A stretch of 64,000 bases of DNA, taken from assembly GCA_964483625.1 (NCBI GenBank), contig CAZABB010000003.1, forward strand, positions 21,895 to 85,894, written 5' to 3'. The translations under genes and the position numbers were made by a program. This stretch comes from an uncultured Planctomycetia bacterium. Its GTDB lineage: Bacteria > Omnitrophota > Gorgyraeia > Duberdicusellales > 4484-171. Of the stretch, positions 1-15,000 are shown in pieces (the first letter of the stretch is position 1; each line of letters opens with the position of its first letter). The notes beneath the pieces were generated by a model that saw nothing but the letters and a program-made list of their open reading frames with translations, was not told where the DNA came from and made no database searches.

Positions 1-26
1 TCTCTACGCTTATCGTCAAGCATGCT

Positions 27-3000
27 TTGGCGATAATAGGATTTATACTGGTGTTTTTTATTTCGGGGGGGATGATCTTTTTCTCAGGCCAAACCGGTAG
101 TCCTTACTTTTCTCTCCAGGGGATGGCGGGAGTATCTCTGGTGTGCTTTCTCGGTATGGTGGCTATATCTTCTCCGGCGGAAAGAACGATAAAATTCCAT
201 TCGGTACGTTTGAATACACGGGAGATGGTTCAATTTACCGATGCTTTGGATCAACTTATTGCTGAGCGAGGCATGCGGATAAGTGTGGTTATCGGGGGAT
301 TAAGGGGCATCTTCGGGGATGAGGAAAAATTTTCCTGGCTGGCTGATATCAGCGAGAAAGAATTTTCCCGCGCCGTGAATCGATGCCGTAAGAACCATCC
401 GGGAATCTTTATGTTTTGGAGCAGTTCGGAACTGGTTGTGGGAAGCGAAATCCACGGGGATATCTTCGAAGCGTTACAGCAGGCGCAATCTTTACGAAAA
501 GACGCCTATGAGATTTTGGCGAAGAGAGAACAGCGCTGGTGTTCGGTTTCCTGCCGGGAATTCGAGGAAATCGTCGCGGTGTGTATCGCCGGAGAAATCC
601 ATTCTTCTGTTTCCCCATTTACGGAGCTGGATAGGGAAAATTCCTATGGCCGGTATCAGAATGTGGAGGTGAATCAGGAGAGGGTCATTGCGCTTTCTGA
701 CGCGATCTCCGATACGATCGATGAAGTGGGCCCGTATACGCCGGAAGTATTCGGGCGAGTGCGGGAATTTGAGTCGTGCGCGTGGATCGCGGAAATAGGT
801 TCAGACGAATTTTTCCGGTTTGCCGGTTATCTGAGAAAGGAATACCGGTATGCTTTCGACGTATATTGTTCCCGTACCTATATTATCGGTGAACGGCAGA
901 AGTCTTATGTATGGGAAGCATTGCAGGCGGCGCGTTCGATTCGTTCCGACGCTTTCCGGATCATAGCCGAAGCGTATCCGGTATGGCACCAGATGGGTGA
1001 AGACGGATTTGCCGACATACTTGCCTGGTTAAAACGGGGCGATGTATCCTGGAGTTTCCAGCGGCAACTTGCCGATTTAGATGAACAGAATCATTACCGG
1101 GTATGGAAACGGCACGCTATCGAATTAAGCAAGGCGCGGGTTAACGCTCTCTATGAATTTCTTCAGGGAGAAGGAGATGAAGATGAGGTGGACGCGTCTG
1201 CGGCGGGGATTATAGAGCAGGTAGGAATCGGCATGACAGAGATTCTATCGAGTTTGCGGAGAGAAGAAAGCTTTACCTGGGCTGCTTTTCTCTCTCGGGA
1301 AGAATTACCGCATTTTGTCCGGTACGTGTCTAGGCACTATTCCTTTCCTTTTTCCTGTACGGCGGTTTCGCTGATCGGTCCCGTGCAGGAGGAGTATATT
1401 CTGGGAGCTCTTCGTCAGGCGTGTTCTGTCCGCAAAGACGCTCTGGCGCTTATTGCCGGAGAGCGGCCGCTCTGGAGAGATGTGAATGCGCGGGAATTTG
1501 AGGAGATAATCAGAAAAAGAGGGCTGGCTGTTTCATATTTTGCTGAAGACGTAGAGCATCTGGATATCAAAAATATGTTCACCTGGCTGGTAAGATATAT
1601 TGATCTCAACGACCGTATCCCTGAGATAAAAGAAACAGCGGCGGCTTTTTCTTTCGATCACGCCTCCGTAAGAAGAATAATCCCGCTGGGTGAATTGAAA
1701 CAGATCGGAGCCGACTCGATACTCGCTCTGCAGGATTACCTGTGTGACTCTATCCTGCACGGAAGGCCGCTGCAAAGCCTTGCCGAATATATGTATGAAC
1801 AGGGGGTACACGATTCATATGCCTGGATAAGCCTGAGTCGGCAAAAAGAACTGTTTGAGGGAGCTTTGCTTTTATTCCGCGCGCGCGGCAATCAGTCCGG
1901 AATGGAACGTTGTTTTCGGCACCTGGGTTTTACCTATGAGAGTATCGCGCTGACCGGCGCGACGCCGGGATCATCTCATCGGCAGCTTTATTATCGGGCC
2001 AAGGCTGTCGTCGCGCACCTGGAGGCGGCACAGGTTTCCCGGGATTTATGGCGAAAGGGGATTCCTTGTGAGCCGGGACAAAGATCGTCCAGTTACTGGG
2101 AGGAAGCGGTCGACCGTCTCTGTAACGCGATCGAAGTGATGTATCGTGAGGACGAGCAGAGAGTGCTTGATGAACAGGATGTGCCTTTGTTGGCGCGCCA
2201 GTTTAGAGGCGGGTTACACTCTGTAGGGCTGGAGGACTGGCTGTCGGCTGGAGAGCGGAGAGACATGCAGGAAAAAATTATATGGAGACAATGGTTTCGT
2301 ATGGTGCAGAGATTGTCCCGGTCGATGATTATGACTTCCTATATCGATGCCCTCGATCCTTCTGACGAAAGAATGCGTATGGATGTCTTGCGCCGTGAGA
2401 GTGAGACCTTTTCTCTGGCTCATCGCGCTTATGACGCGATAGAACAGGTATGTGCCGCAAAAAGCACGGGAGAACGTTTCCGCGATGATTTCCGCGCGCT
2501 TCATGCTCCGTATCGTGCCGTTTTTGCTGAACGGCAGGCGCAGGTAGTGGCGCACGTGGCCGAAGCGGAAGAAGTGATAGATCGGATACGAACCCGGCAG
2601 GGGGAAGTCTACGCTGAATTCATGCGTTCTCTCCTTGACAGTATTCAGCGCATTCTGCCCGAGGATCATTACCAGGAATTCGTATTGGATAAAGAAGGAG
2701 GCTTACTTTACGGTATTACCCTGTGTCAAAAGGCGCTGGCATCGGTCGATAAGAGATGTTATCAGGGGCATCGCGTGGATATCTGTTATCTCGTCGCTAT
2801 GGCTATTTTAGAGAGCCTGTTACCCCGGAGCGGATTGGAACGTGCCGCGTATGCCCGGGCGCAGCTGGCGGCTCCGATCTTGGAACGGGCCATTTTCCCT
2901 GCGCCGGATTCCACTGCGCCGCAGCAAAAAGAGAAGAAAAGGGAGTTCAATGCCCGGGTGATAAGGGGGGTCAGGGATCAGTTTGGCCGTAAGAAACTTC

Positions 3001-6000
3001 ACCGGGGAGAACAGCCGTGCATTGAGGAAATATTATTGATGGATGCGTGGGAGATGATGACGACACCTTCTTTGCGTATGGGAAGGCTTTTGCGTCAGGT
3101 AAGAAATATGCTTGAGGCGGGGAAACTGCCGATTATCGTTACCGATAAAGATTATTCGTTGATCGAGGTGGTCATTGATCGCCATATGTGCCAGTTGCTT
3201 TTGGCGTTTTTTGAATTAGTGTGGGATCGTTTCGGCATTTCTCTGCCATTCATCATTCTTACCAATAATACGAAATCAAATACCATGAAAACGGTGTGGA
3301 AGATTCTGATGGAAGAATTCGAGCAGAGATATCATCATCTGTCTGAAAGCGGGAAACGGAGAAAAAAACGTGAATTATTCGGCAACTTCATCATTAATTC
3401 CTGCGGCGGGCAAGTCTGGGTATGGGATGAAGCGGCAGACAGTGAGGAATTCCGGTTCATTGAAGAGCTGACGATGGAAGACGAAGTCGTTGCCGTCGTC
3501 CGGGAGGGATTTGATTGTCTCATCACCGAATATACCGATACTACCCGGTATGCTCCCGGGGAATGCATGCCGGTTCATCCTTACGGTGAAAGGATAGATC
3601 TTCGTCCCGGCGTTTCCGGCGACATGATCGGGATGACTCTTAAAATTCCCGGCCGGGATATTCCCAAAGATGAAAAGCGGCAATTCGATCCCGATAAGAC
3701 AAAACGGCAGATATGGAAAAAAGCGCTTTGGAGCATTTTAAAAGAACTCTGTCATGGGCTTGAACCGGATCTTGCGGAAAAGGTGAAAAGTCTCACCATA
3801 GAGATCGGCGGGACAACTTCAATCGACGTGACGGTGGGAGATAAGCGCCGGCGGATACAGCAGGTCATACGGCAGCTCGCTGTCCGTATGGAACTTCCGG
3901 AGGACGAAATAAAGAAAAGAATATTGTATTTCGGTGATGAATTCGATGTTGACGGCGGGGATTTTACCTTAATAGGACTGGTAGCGTTACTGGTGAATTT
4001 AGGGAGGACAAAGGTCGTTGCCGCCGAAGCGGTACGTGCCGGCCACATCTTCGTCAATCCCGAAAGCGACGAGCTTATCGGTCCGGAGCGGATGCGTGAA
4101 TATCTGAAGGCATTGATGGTACTTATTAACGTATTGCTTTCTCCCGATATATCTCCCGACGCTCTTCGGGAAAACATCGGGGAAGCAGTCCAGCCCGAAA
4201 ACTGGCATCTAAGCTCGTCCGTGGAAGTGGGGGCGCTCATCGAGCGGTATTTTATGCTCGATGCCGATATGTGGGAGTTAATACAGGATGTCGCTCGGCA
4301 GGGAGAGGATATTACAAGATTTATTGAAGCATTATATCAGTGTGAAGATTATGACGATATTGTCGCAGAAATATTACGGTCATTTTTCGCCCGGGAGCCT
4401 GAAGATGCCGCTCCCGACCATGATATCTTCATCGGTTTTGTCCGCGCCGATATCGCGTATCAGCCGACAGAACAGCGAGTTCTCCATGCAATTGAGTGGC
4501 AAGCGACGCTGAATGAATGGATAGGACGTTCGGATGATATAAGGGAATATATTAATATGTATCAGGTATTGAGAGATATGTTTGATGATTTTCTTCATGT
4601 ATCTTATTCGGAAAACGAATCTGGTATGAGAAATATCCCCGGACAAGGTGTTATCTCCGAGGACGGCCTCTCTTCCGTGGCTGCAGGTGCCCTCACCTTT
4701 GTCTGGGGTGTCTTTATGCCGCATGCGGCCGGGCCGAATTACCCACCAATCACGGGAGAAAACGAAAGCGCAGTGATTATCCTTGTCGTATCGGGATTGA
4801 TCCTTGCCGGTTGGATAGCTCTGGTATTGTTCCGGCAGGAGATATTGTTTTACAGTATCCGGAAACAGGCGCCGCCGTTGACGATACGGATAGTGATCCG
4901 GGTACTTTTCCCGCTTGGTTCTTTCCCTCAATGCGTGCTTGTCGTCGGTCCCAGCGGTGTAGGGAAAGACAAATTAACCGGATCATTATTTTCCCGCTAT
5001 CCGTCTCAGTTCACCCTGCTTCGGTTGACAACGACGCGCCGGCCCCGCCCTCAGGAAACGGATAATCCTTCAATGAAGAAGAACTATATGAGCCCGGAGA
5101 AATTTTCGGCTATGGTTAAACAGAACGCGTTTCTCATGAGCTGGGGTAACTATACCCATGCCTATGGATTGGAAGAACGGGAACTAAAACGATGTATCGA
5201 AGCGAGAAAGACCGTCATCATCCATACCGCGTCTCCCAAGGGAGTAAGACGCTGGAAAAAAGCTCTGCCTCAGGCAAAAGTCGTCCTTGTCTCGCCGGTT
5301 CCTATGGTATCCAGCCCGCTCCGTCCCGAGGAAAGAGATCAGGTAAAAGCGGTTCTCAGGCACAGGATGAGACAGAGAGAGGCTTTGATGCAGGCTGTGT
5401 TTGAGGTTAGGTTAGAGAAAGGAATAAAGCTCCTGGACGCGTTTCGTCGGGGAGAACTTGATTATGACGTGTGTGTCACGAATGGAAAAAATTCCGGTCT
5501 AGAAAGAGTCCAGCATGAATTTTGCCGGACGATTATCTCTGAAATTCAACCTCAGCGTTATGCGGGGCCGTTGATGGTAGGGGTTGCGTTAGGGATCGTT
5601 GTGATGGGATTGGCGAGCCCGGCCGGTTTTTCCGCGACCTTGGAGTTCTTTCTCCTAATGATCTTCCTGGGGATGATGTCCCCGGTCCGCGGCGAAGAGG
5701 ATCAGCCGTCTCCCGCTCAGAAAAAAGTCGTTCTTTTATTGGAGGAACATTCAGTGACTGGCGGTGCTATTTCGGAAATACCTTTAGATGATTCGATGAT
5801 ATTACGGGATAAGGTGGGAGTAATTGCCTTAAGAGAGCGGGTGGCTCGGGAAAATATCCGGCAAACGACCGGGCGGGGAGTGCGGGCGCTTGAGGGTGTT
5901 CTGAGAAGACCTGACGGGGGAAGCAAGGTCGAATCGATTGCCGCAGAGATAGCTCAGGCATTGACCGAATCCTTTATCTGGCTGGCGCAGGCTCCGGTTG

Positions 6001-9000
6001 AAGAAGTGATTCAACGGTTGGACTGGGTTCCCGTCTCTCTCGAACGGATAAGGAATATTGTTCAGGGTGATTCTGTTATCCAGATCGTGGGAGGAGTGGT
6101 AGAACCGTTGAATTTTTCCCGTCTCTTATGCGAAACAATGAATAGACAGGCCGGGAGATCTTTATCATATACGCTTTCTCCTTACCCCCGGACCGAAAAT
6201 CTCATTGGTCTGGCTCGGGGATTAGGTAAGACAGGTTTGCTTCGGGAGATAGCTGCAGCTTACCCTGAAGCGGAGACTATTCGCGTCCCGGTAATTGACG
6301 TGGGACGGGCTTTTATTAAGGTGGGATATGCCGAGTTTCGCCCCAGCGGCGTGTTGCTGCGGTTGGATTTAATCAGCAGTGTGGAGAACCGGTATATCGA
6401 TACTCGGATGCCGGAGAGAGGATATGAATTTAGCCTCAATACTCTCCTGAATACTCTTTTCCGGTGGGCGCAAGATCAGAAGGAATCAAAAAATCTCCAG
6501 CTGAGGCAAAAAGAGATTATTGTCAGTCCTTATCAGGGAATAGCGGTTTCTACTTCTATCCCGGAATATGTCCCGATTATTGAAAAGGAATATTTCATGT
6601 CGGAACGGTGTTCAGAAGGAGCATTTTTATTTCTAACCGATAATGTGCTTACCCAGACATGGGCAGCCACCCGGGAAAATACGTTGATCCTTACTCTAGG
6701 CGTTGAACAGTCTCTGGTATTGTCCCGTGAAGATCCTGAACTTTTCCCTTTAGCCAAAGCATTTGAAGTCGTTGATTGGATACGGGTGAATGAATGTATT
6801 ACTCTGATTCAAAACATGGGGTTGCTGGAGGAACCTCCCCTGGTGATGGTATCCCGCTACTGGGATCTTTACCGGAGATATCCATTGACGTTTCAGGAAG
6901 CAAAACGAATGCTGTCCACGCCGGCCGGCGTAAACCGTAATTATGAAATATGGAGCTGGCGTTCCGATCTTCATCCTCAGAAGACGTTACCTTCTCCCAG
7001 TGTGAGCATGATTTTCTGGCAGACATTGCTTACGTCCTGGCTGGAGCGTATTTATCCCCAGATACAGGAATTTGAAGACAGGTACGGTACGATATTCAGT
7101 AACCAGTTCGAACCGGGAGAGAATATGACCGGATATCTTACGCAGTTGCTCATCGGCGTTATGGTAGACTTGAAAGTCCGCTGTCCCGATCTGCTGAGAG
7201 ACTGGGGGGAGACATACGGGGATCATGAATTAAAGCACGCCTTTATGGTCATCCGTCAGGCTTTGGATTTTACCCTCAAACAGATAGCATATCAGCAGAG
7301 TACCGTCCCGGAAGATATTGCGGTGATTGCCAGAGAGCAGGCCGATGTGCGGGCGATTATCGCCGGTTCCCTCATCCATGACCTGGGACAATTGTACGGG
7401 GAGCCTCATGAGTGGGTCGGGGCCCGGCTGGCCAGAAGAGTTTTTATCTATTTAGGTATGCACCGCCGGGCGACAATCTATGAAAATATGACCCTGTTAC
7501 AGCTTGTCATGATGATTATTCTCAAACATTCTTCTTCCAGTAAGGTGCCTCCCGCATGGGATGATCCGCTGGAAGTGCGTATCGTCCATGCCGCCGATGA
7601 TTTTCAGCAGACGGTTGAACGTATTCATATTGTCAATAAGCGGAGAAACCGCTCTTTCTTCAAACGGGCCCGTACCACCCTGGCGCGGGTCGCGTTCATC
7701 GCGCTCCGTTCCGGTTCCTACAATGATATGAAAGACGGGCAGGGAGATGTGGATACGTTTACCACTCTCCTGAAAGCCCTGCTCATTATCACCGATCCCC
7801 AGGCGTATTATCTGGAAGTAGCGCGGCAGGAAGCGACGACTACGCTCCAGAGGAGATTCCTCAATGACTTCTGGGATCTTATTCAGCGGGAAGTCTCTCC
7901 GTGGGAATTGCCTTCGGTGATTGCGGCGGCAGAGGACTTTTTCCGCATCTGGGCTCAGTGGCGGGCCATGCCGGAGGTTATATACGCCCGAAAAGAAAAA
8001 TGGACAGCCGAGAGTCTTAAGAGCGTATTGAACGAATTAGGATGGTGGGATAAGATTGAGCCCCGTCTGAAAAGATCCGTTCCATCGCGATCCTATCCGG
8101 TCGAGAAAATCATCCCCGCGGTGATAGAAGAATACGGTCCGGCCCGGCTTTCCGAAACGGACGTTTCTGCCGACTCCTATGTGGCCGGCATATTATCGGA
8201 TTGGCGGGATATCGTCAGTGACACCGTGCCGCCGCAAAATCTTCCGATGGGATGCATGCTGTTCCTCTTGTCTCCGATAATACTTCCCCCGGACGGAGAG
8301 ATCCTTGTCAGAACAGATTGGATGTCTCTTGTCGTGCTATGCGTCGTATGTTTTTTGATTGTCTGGTGTGTCCGTCGCTCGCTGCGGCAAGATTGGATAC
8401 ATATGATGCTAGTGTTGGGAGGAGTATCGGTCGTTTGTTTAACTTACGCCGAAGCCTACGGGCCTTTTATGTGTTTGTTCCTGGGAGCAGTCCATATGGG
8501 ATCCGAGAAACGCGATGTATCCTCGACCGACGGCCGTATTGTTCTTGAACCGATCAATCTGGGAACGGTACGTCAGCACAGAGATCATATTCATTCCGAT
8601 CTCCTTTGGTTTGTCCTGCCCGATTTTCTCGAGCACGGGATATTGGATGGGTGTCGTCGTCTTATCGTTGAAGAAAGTGATAACTGTATTGAGGTCAAGA
8701 TAAAAAACCGTGATTTGATTTTGAGATTACCTTCCCGGAGGTTGCCGGAAGATGCTCTGCGGCGGGCTCTGAAGCTTTTCTTTGTTCAGCGTGAATACGT
8801 GGGGGCCGACGGAGATTCTTTGATGGTCGATATGAGAACACGCAGTGAGCTGGATGAACGTTACCGGCAGGCGTATGAGCAGAGAAACGAACGGGTAATC
8901 GACGCTTTCTTATGTGATCCCCGGCCGGTGAAAGCGGTCAATATGCTCACGCGTGATGGAATGTTTATTCGTAATCATCAGGAACTCTTTCCTTATATGG

Positions 9001-12000
9001 CCCTTCTGGCGGTACAGTATCAATATCAGTGTATTAACCACGACTATACTATCGAAGCGGATGAGTACGGGACGGAGCTTCCCGAAGCGATCGTAGATGA
9101 AGTGTATATAAATTATCCCGGCCGGGAAGACGCTGCGTTTGAAATGGTACGTGAAGCCGCAAGAATATTAAAAGATAGAGGCGTGCTTACCATAGTCTCC
9201 GGACAGATAAATTTACGTCTTGTCGAAGAAGAACTGAACGATATGGGGTTTTTCGGCTGTGAGATAACCCACGTCCAGGAAGAATATCCCCGTACCGGCT
9301 ACCAGGATGACGGATATCGGTATATGCTTCGGGCGGTGAGGAGACGAATGGATGAAACCAGAGGAGAAGATGGGAGGATTTCTCTGGCTGGAGCATATAG
9401 AGAAGCCGTGGCGATGATGGAAAGAGCGGCGCAATTCATCGGCGGCAAAGGCATTATCGTCACCTTGCAGTTTATCGAGAATTACATGCGGATATGGGCA
9501 CGTGATGGCATTTTCATCCTCCTGGCGGCGTTGATTTCCGGAAATTCAACGCTTATCGCCGCCGCCCGGCATATACTGACGACGTTACGCGACCATCAGA
9601 TAAAGACCGAAGCGCAGTTCGAAACAGTGTTCGACCGGGGCCGTATCGATGAGTTCGGCATTAAGCGGCAAATGGAAAGGATCAATCCCATAGGGATGAT
9701 CCCCAGCAACGTCGCTCGCAACGGACATACCAGTTACGGTATGCCGGAGATCGGCATTTTACGCGCCGATCCCACCCTTCTCTATATCGTCGGTTCTGCC
9801 ACGTATTATCGTTTTTCTCAGGCGAGGGAATTTTTAGATGAACATTGGGAATCAATACGGCTTGCCATGCAGTTTCTCGAAAACCAGTTCGGCCGTGAGG
9901 GGAAAGAATTGCTCTATACCAACCGGGCGGCGGATTGGGCCGATGCGTTTATCCAGAAAGGGAATGTGTTGTATATCAACACGTTATGGTATAAAGCGCT
10001 GATTGATTTTGCTTACCTCCATGGCCGATTGGGTAATAGCCGGGAGGCAGAGCGATATGGAGGGAAAGCACAGCGAGTCAAAGCGGAAATACAAAAAGAG
10101 CTGTGGATATATCGGGATGGAGACGACTATCAGGGGGGTCCCTTTTCGATATACGCGACGATGGGGGTGCCGTTGCCCAAGAAATTCGGATATTTCGCCC
10201 ATTTCCGCGATCCCGATCTTGATGACCAGTTAAGCCAGAAATATTACGGCGGATGTGATGTCATGGGGAACCTGCTGGCGGTCCTCTTCGGGATTGCCGA
10301 TACCGGACAGGCAGGACAGATTGTGGATTTCATCATATCGATTTCTGATAACCGCTATCCCCTGGCTCCGGCTCATTATCCCTTTGTCCGAGCCGAGGAC
10401 CTGAAAAAATTACTCCTGGCGAGGTTTAATTTCCGCGAGGAGGAAGGAGAGTATCATAATGGCGGTTTGTGGACGGTGATTACCGCTCTCCTTGTCGCAG
10501 TCCTGGCCCGTGTGGGATATGCCGCACGGGTTAAGGGAGATCCTGAGCAATCCGAGAAATATTTTCGTCTTGCCGGACAGTTTTTATCGGGCATCAAGGA
10601 CGCCAATCAGAGAGAGGGAGATACGGGATACCGTTATTATGAATGTCATCGCAACGATCCGGAAAAAGAAAACAGGCCGCAGGGGACCTATGACTTCATT
10701 CCCAGCGCCGCCGCGTTTGTCATCGCCTCTCATCAGTACGTATGCTGTTTGCGTCAGGTCGGCCGGATGCCGTCCAATAAAGAACTGGAGGATTTGACGG
10801 AGAGAGTAAGTGTTCCCGACAATTCTGTGTCGAAAACATACGGGGAAGAATTATTACCGAAGGAGCACGTATTTTCGTGCGTTCTCTTCATCCTCTTGAG
10901 CGTATTCCTGATGGGGCAGGGGGCAGTCGACGGGACGCATCTTTCTTATCTGGCCGCGTTTTCGGATGTTTTCGCGGCCGGTTCCTTTTTCTTCGTCTTT
11001 CTACTCGGAGCATGTACGGAAAGAGATGATGATACGGGAAGAATTCTGAGGCAGATGAACCGTTTGAAGCGCAATCTCGAAACCATTGCGCCGGATGAGC
11101 GGGAGGAAATCTTACGGAGCTTCCGGACGTATCTTTATTCATTACGTGAGAATCTTACCGCTTATGATATCAAACTTGAACGGCATGTAACCATTGATGC
11201 CGTCATTGGCGGGATCAGGGCCGATGTCGGGAACGCGGTGAGGGACAGCAGGTTCGTACGTAAATTCAAAGACGAATTGACCGATATCGTGGACGATACC
11301 GACCGGGTTGTCGCCGTCACCCCGGCAGGTTTCGTGCATATGTTCGGATTGCGCCATCGAAGTGTCAATGCGTTTGTCATGAGTCCGGCCGGTGACGTAG
11401 TATTGCAGCGCCGGGTACATAATAAAGCCGAAGCGAAACGCCTCTCGATTTTCGGAGGGCATGTCGCGGCCGGGCAGAGCTATAGGGAGGCGATAGAACG
11501 CGAATTGCTGGAAGAGCTCGGTCTGGACACGATCGGAAAGGTTCTGGGCGGCACATTGATTCTTCTCGGTGAAGAAGGACAGTTCCGCAACGACGCCCCG
11601 GCGAACAACGAGTTCCGGTCGCTCTATGTGTATATTTTGACCGGGCGAGAATATGAGCAGGTACGGTGGATGCGGGGCGATATCAACGAAAAGAAGAGTC
11701 AATATACCGAAGAAGAATTCCCCGACTGGATCGAAGTACAACAGAAGAAAAGAGAAGGGTATGGCGAAGTCTGGGGATACCATTTCGCGTCTTTAGAATC
11801 AGTCTTTGCCGGCTCAGGCCTCTCGGTCGAAGAAACGTATTCCGACGGCACGCTTACCGAAACGGTCGATTATACCCACGATCTTCTTCTTCCGCTCGTG
11901 CGGGGGAACGCTCCTTTGCGGGATGACGGGCGGGGATTTGATCTGCGAAAGGAAATTGAAAACGTTTTGCCCGATATTCCGGGAGTGTCATTCTTCGCCG

Positions 12001-15000
12001 GGCTTATCCCCGTGCTTTTTCTCGGAACGGGTTACTTTGCCGGTATGTCCGATATCCTTTCATCCCTTCCTTTTTTCTCATTTATGGACCTGCCGGTGTC
12101 CGGCATGTTTCTGTCTCTGATCTTCTCATGCCTGTCGATTCCTTTTCTCCTGGCCGTCATGGCCCCCTACGATGATACCGTGGTGTGTCGTTTGGCTGGG
12201 AAAGTGTTCGACCGTACATTTACTTCCGCAAAGGAAGCAATGAATGAACTACAAAAAGCACTGCGCAGCAATGATGTCGACCTTTTTATGTCGGCCGCCT
12301 CGGCTCTGAAACGAATAATTGAACAAAGTAGTAATCCCTGGAAATTATTCGTTTCCTGCCGTGTTCACGGAAGTGCTTTCGAGAAAAATATTGCCCGGTA
12401 TGCCGTGGAGAGATTGATTTCTGCCGCTCAAGAAAACCTCAATTCTTTCTCTACCCGGCTGAACCGGATGCGGGCATTTTTGAATAACGTAGGGATCGTC
12501 ATATTTATGAGTTTTACACAGGAAGGTGATTTTGTTTTGGGGTGGGAACAATTCAGGGATTATTTTCTCGAAAAAATTCCACATTTCACGTGTGATGATG
12601 AGTTGCCTGAAGAGCTGGAATTTCCCGCCGGACCGGAAAAGCTTGATGTGAGCGCCGTACCGGTCTACGAATCGCCTGAGGAAATTTTCCGGGCACGGGG
12701 AATAACGCACAACGAGTATGTGACGACGTTGGGAAGAAAATGGATAGGACGGGATTCCGCCGCTCCCGATGCCTGGGAATATCTGGTACTGAAGATGCTC
12801 CAGAAAGGTGAGCAACCGGAGATTTTGGTCCGGGAGGGGAACAACTTTATTTTTCTGAATAAGGCGCGAACGTTTTTAAAATTAAAACAACAATGGGCCC
12901 GTCCGCTTTCAGCTCAGAAAAGAGGAGAAGCGTCGGATTACAATGAAGACTTTGTCTGTAAAGTGAAGATAGATGAAGACCGGCTCTCCAGCCAAAGCCC
13001 TCTGGTATCCCTCAAAGATCCTTCGGTACAACAATACGATGGATACTGCCTGGTCCTGGTATGCCGGGAACGGTTAGAAACGTTGAGCTGGCTGGACCGG
13101 GCCGAAGACATCGAAGGGAAAGAAATAACCGAGCGGCGCTTCATGAAAGGAATTTTCCTCGCCGTTCATGATTTATTTGTCCTGTTGCGGTACAGAATCG
13201 TTCATCCTGACCTGGCTGAATTGTTTCACGACGAACGCATTCCTTCTCCCGGAAGCACGGTTTCTGTAGGACAAAATCGTGATGACGGCGGAATCTATCG
13301 CTGGCCCGATTGGGGAAGGTTGGGAGCCTGGAAAAGGAGCGTGACATATTCCAACCTCCGCCTTTCCGGTTTCTCCGATGCGGCAAATATGTATTTCATC
13401 CGCTCGCTAAAGAAAGATCAACCTCTGACGGATCATTTCGCGAAATGTGGATTAGACGGTGATGCTTCTTTAGGGGAGTGGTTTTACCGTATTGCCGGGA
13501 GGTATCTTCTGGTCGTGGCCCTGGTTATTGCCTGCTGGCGCATTGAACGGGAGAAGTTCCACCGCCAGGATGAGCCGGCATTATCCGGACAGCTCCGGAG
13601 GGTATTCGCTTATGCCGTTGCCGTACATACCGGTGTCAGGGGAAAAGAGGGAGGTGTTGTTGATAGTGTATGTTCACTTCTTGACTGGGACCGTCTGGCG
13701 CGGCAGATGCTCTATTTTATGGACGGGGCGTATACGGCCGATTTTCTCAGTGAAGAAGCATCTCATCAAATAAGGAGGAAAAAGATCTATGCGCATACTC
13801 AGGGGGTTTTTATCCCGTCTCCGGAAAAGCTCATCGAAGAATCCCTTGGCTGGGATCTCCAACGGAAAGATCGTAGTATTTTTGATGAAAAGATCGGATG
13901 GAGCATGGTTTCCGGATATGCTGATTTAGGTGCGCCGAATGGGAAGAATCCTCTTCTGCAATTGCATAAAGCTCTTACCTTGATTGCTCTGTTCATGGTG
14001 GCTTCGCGGGGTATCATTGTCGCTCAGGAGGACCGCATTTCCGTTGAATCCGCTCGTGAAGAATATGTATTGGGTTCCTGGATGTTTCCTTTGGTGCTTC
14101 TGGCGGTATGTTTCGGAGTACATATCGATTTTTCCGGAGATATCCTGGTCGGTACCTGTACGTTTTGTACCGGTGTGATATTGATACCTGCGATACTGGG
14201 AGTGATGACCGTAAGAAGCGATGAAGTAACGTATGTTGAAACGGTTTTGGCCGAATTGGATGAACTTGACCGTTTCCGTCCGGGACATGCGGCGCGGATC
14301 ATAAGCCTCTTAGAGGAGATCAGAAGTTTTGAACAGCGTGCGTGGCGTTCCTTTCAGACAGAACATATCGTACTGATTTTTGAATCGTTACATTCATTGC
14401 AGCGGACCCTTCCTTTGCAGGAGGGGGTAAGAGAAATCAGTCCTTTGCGTGAAGCGATTCACGAACATATTGAGGACAGTATTGAGCACTGTGCGTTTTC
14501 CATGCTCAAGGAGTTAACGCGGCATCCCGTGATCCTTAAGCATTTTATCTCATCGTTCGGAGAGAATCTGATCCCCTTGATTGTATTTGCCGAGGACAGG
14601 GAAGCGCTCAAATTTCTCAGTGAGCTTCCTCAGATATCATATGAGTTGCAACGATCTCAAGTCGAGCGGAATCCTCATTTGGTGGTGAAAGATTCCGAAC
14701 TGTTCTCTGCCTGGGAATATTTAGCGTTACACGGGCTTACGTTCGATGCCCTGCTTGTAGGAGTCACCAAGCTGAGTGTGAGTGTGAACCAGGCCCCTCG
14801 GGAAAAAAGCATATATAGTAAGCTTGTACATTCCAGCCGGACATTAAACTGCCCCCATATCCATCCCGACAACTTGTCCGGCGCAATCCATGCTCTTTTA
14901 CCTTTATATTTCGGTGAATATCTCGAACCAGCGTTGTCTTTTGTTGCCGAGGCCCGTAATGCGGCGGGATCAGAGACAGTGCGGCCGGAGGTGTTAAGAT

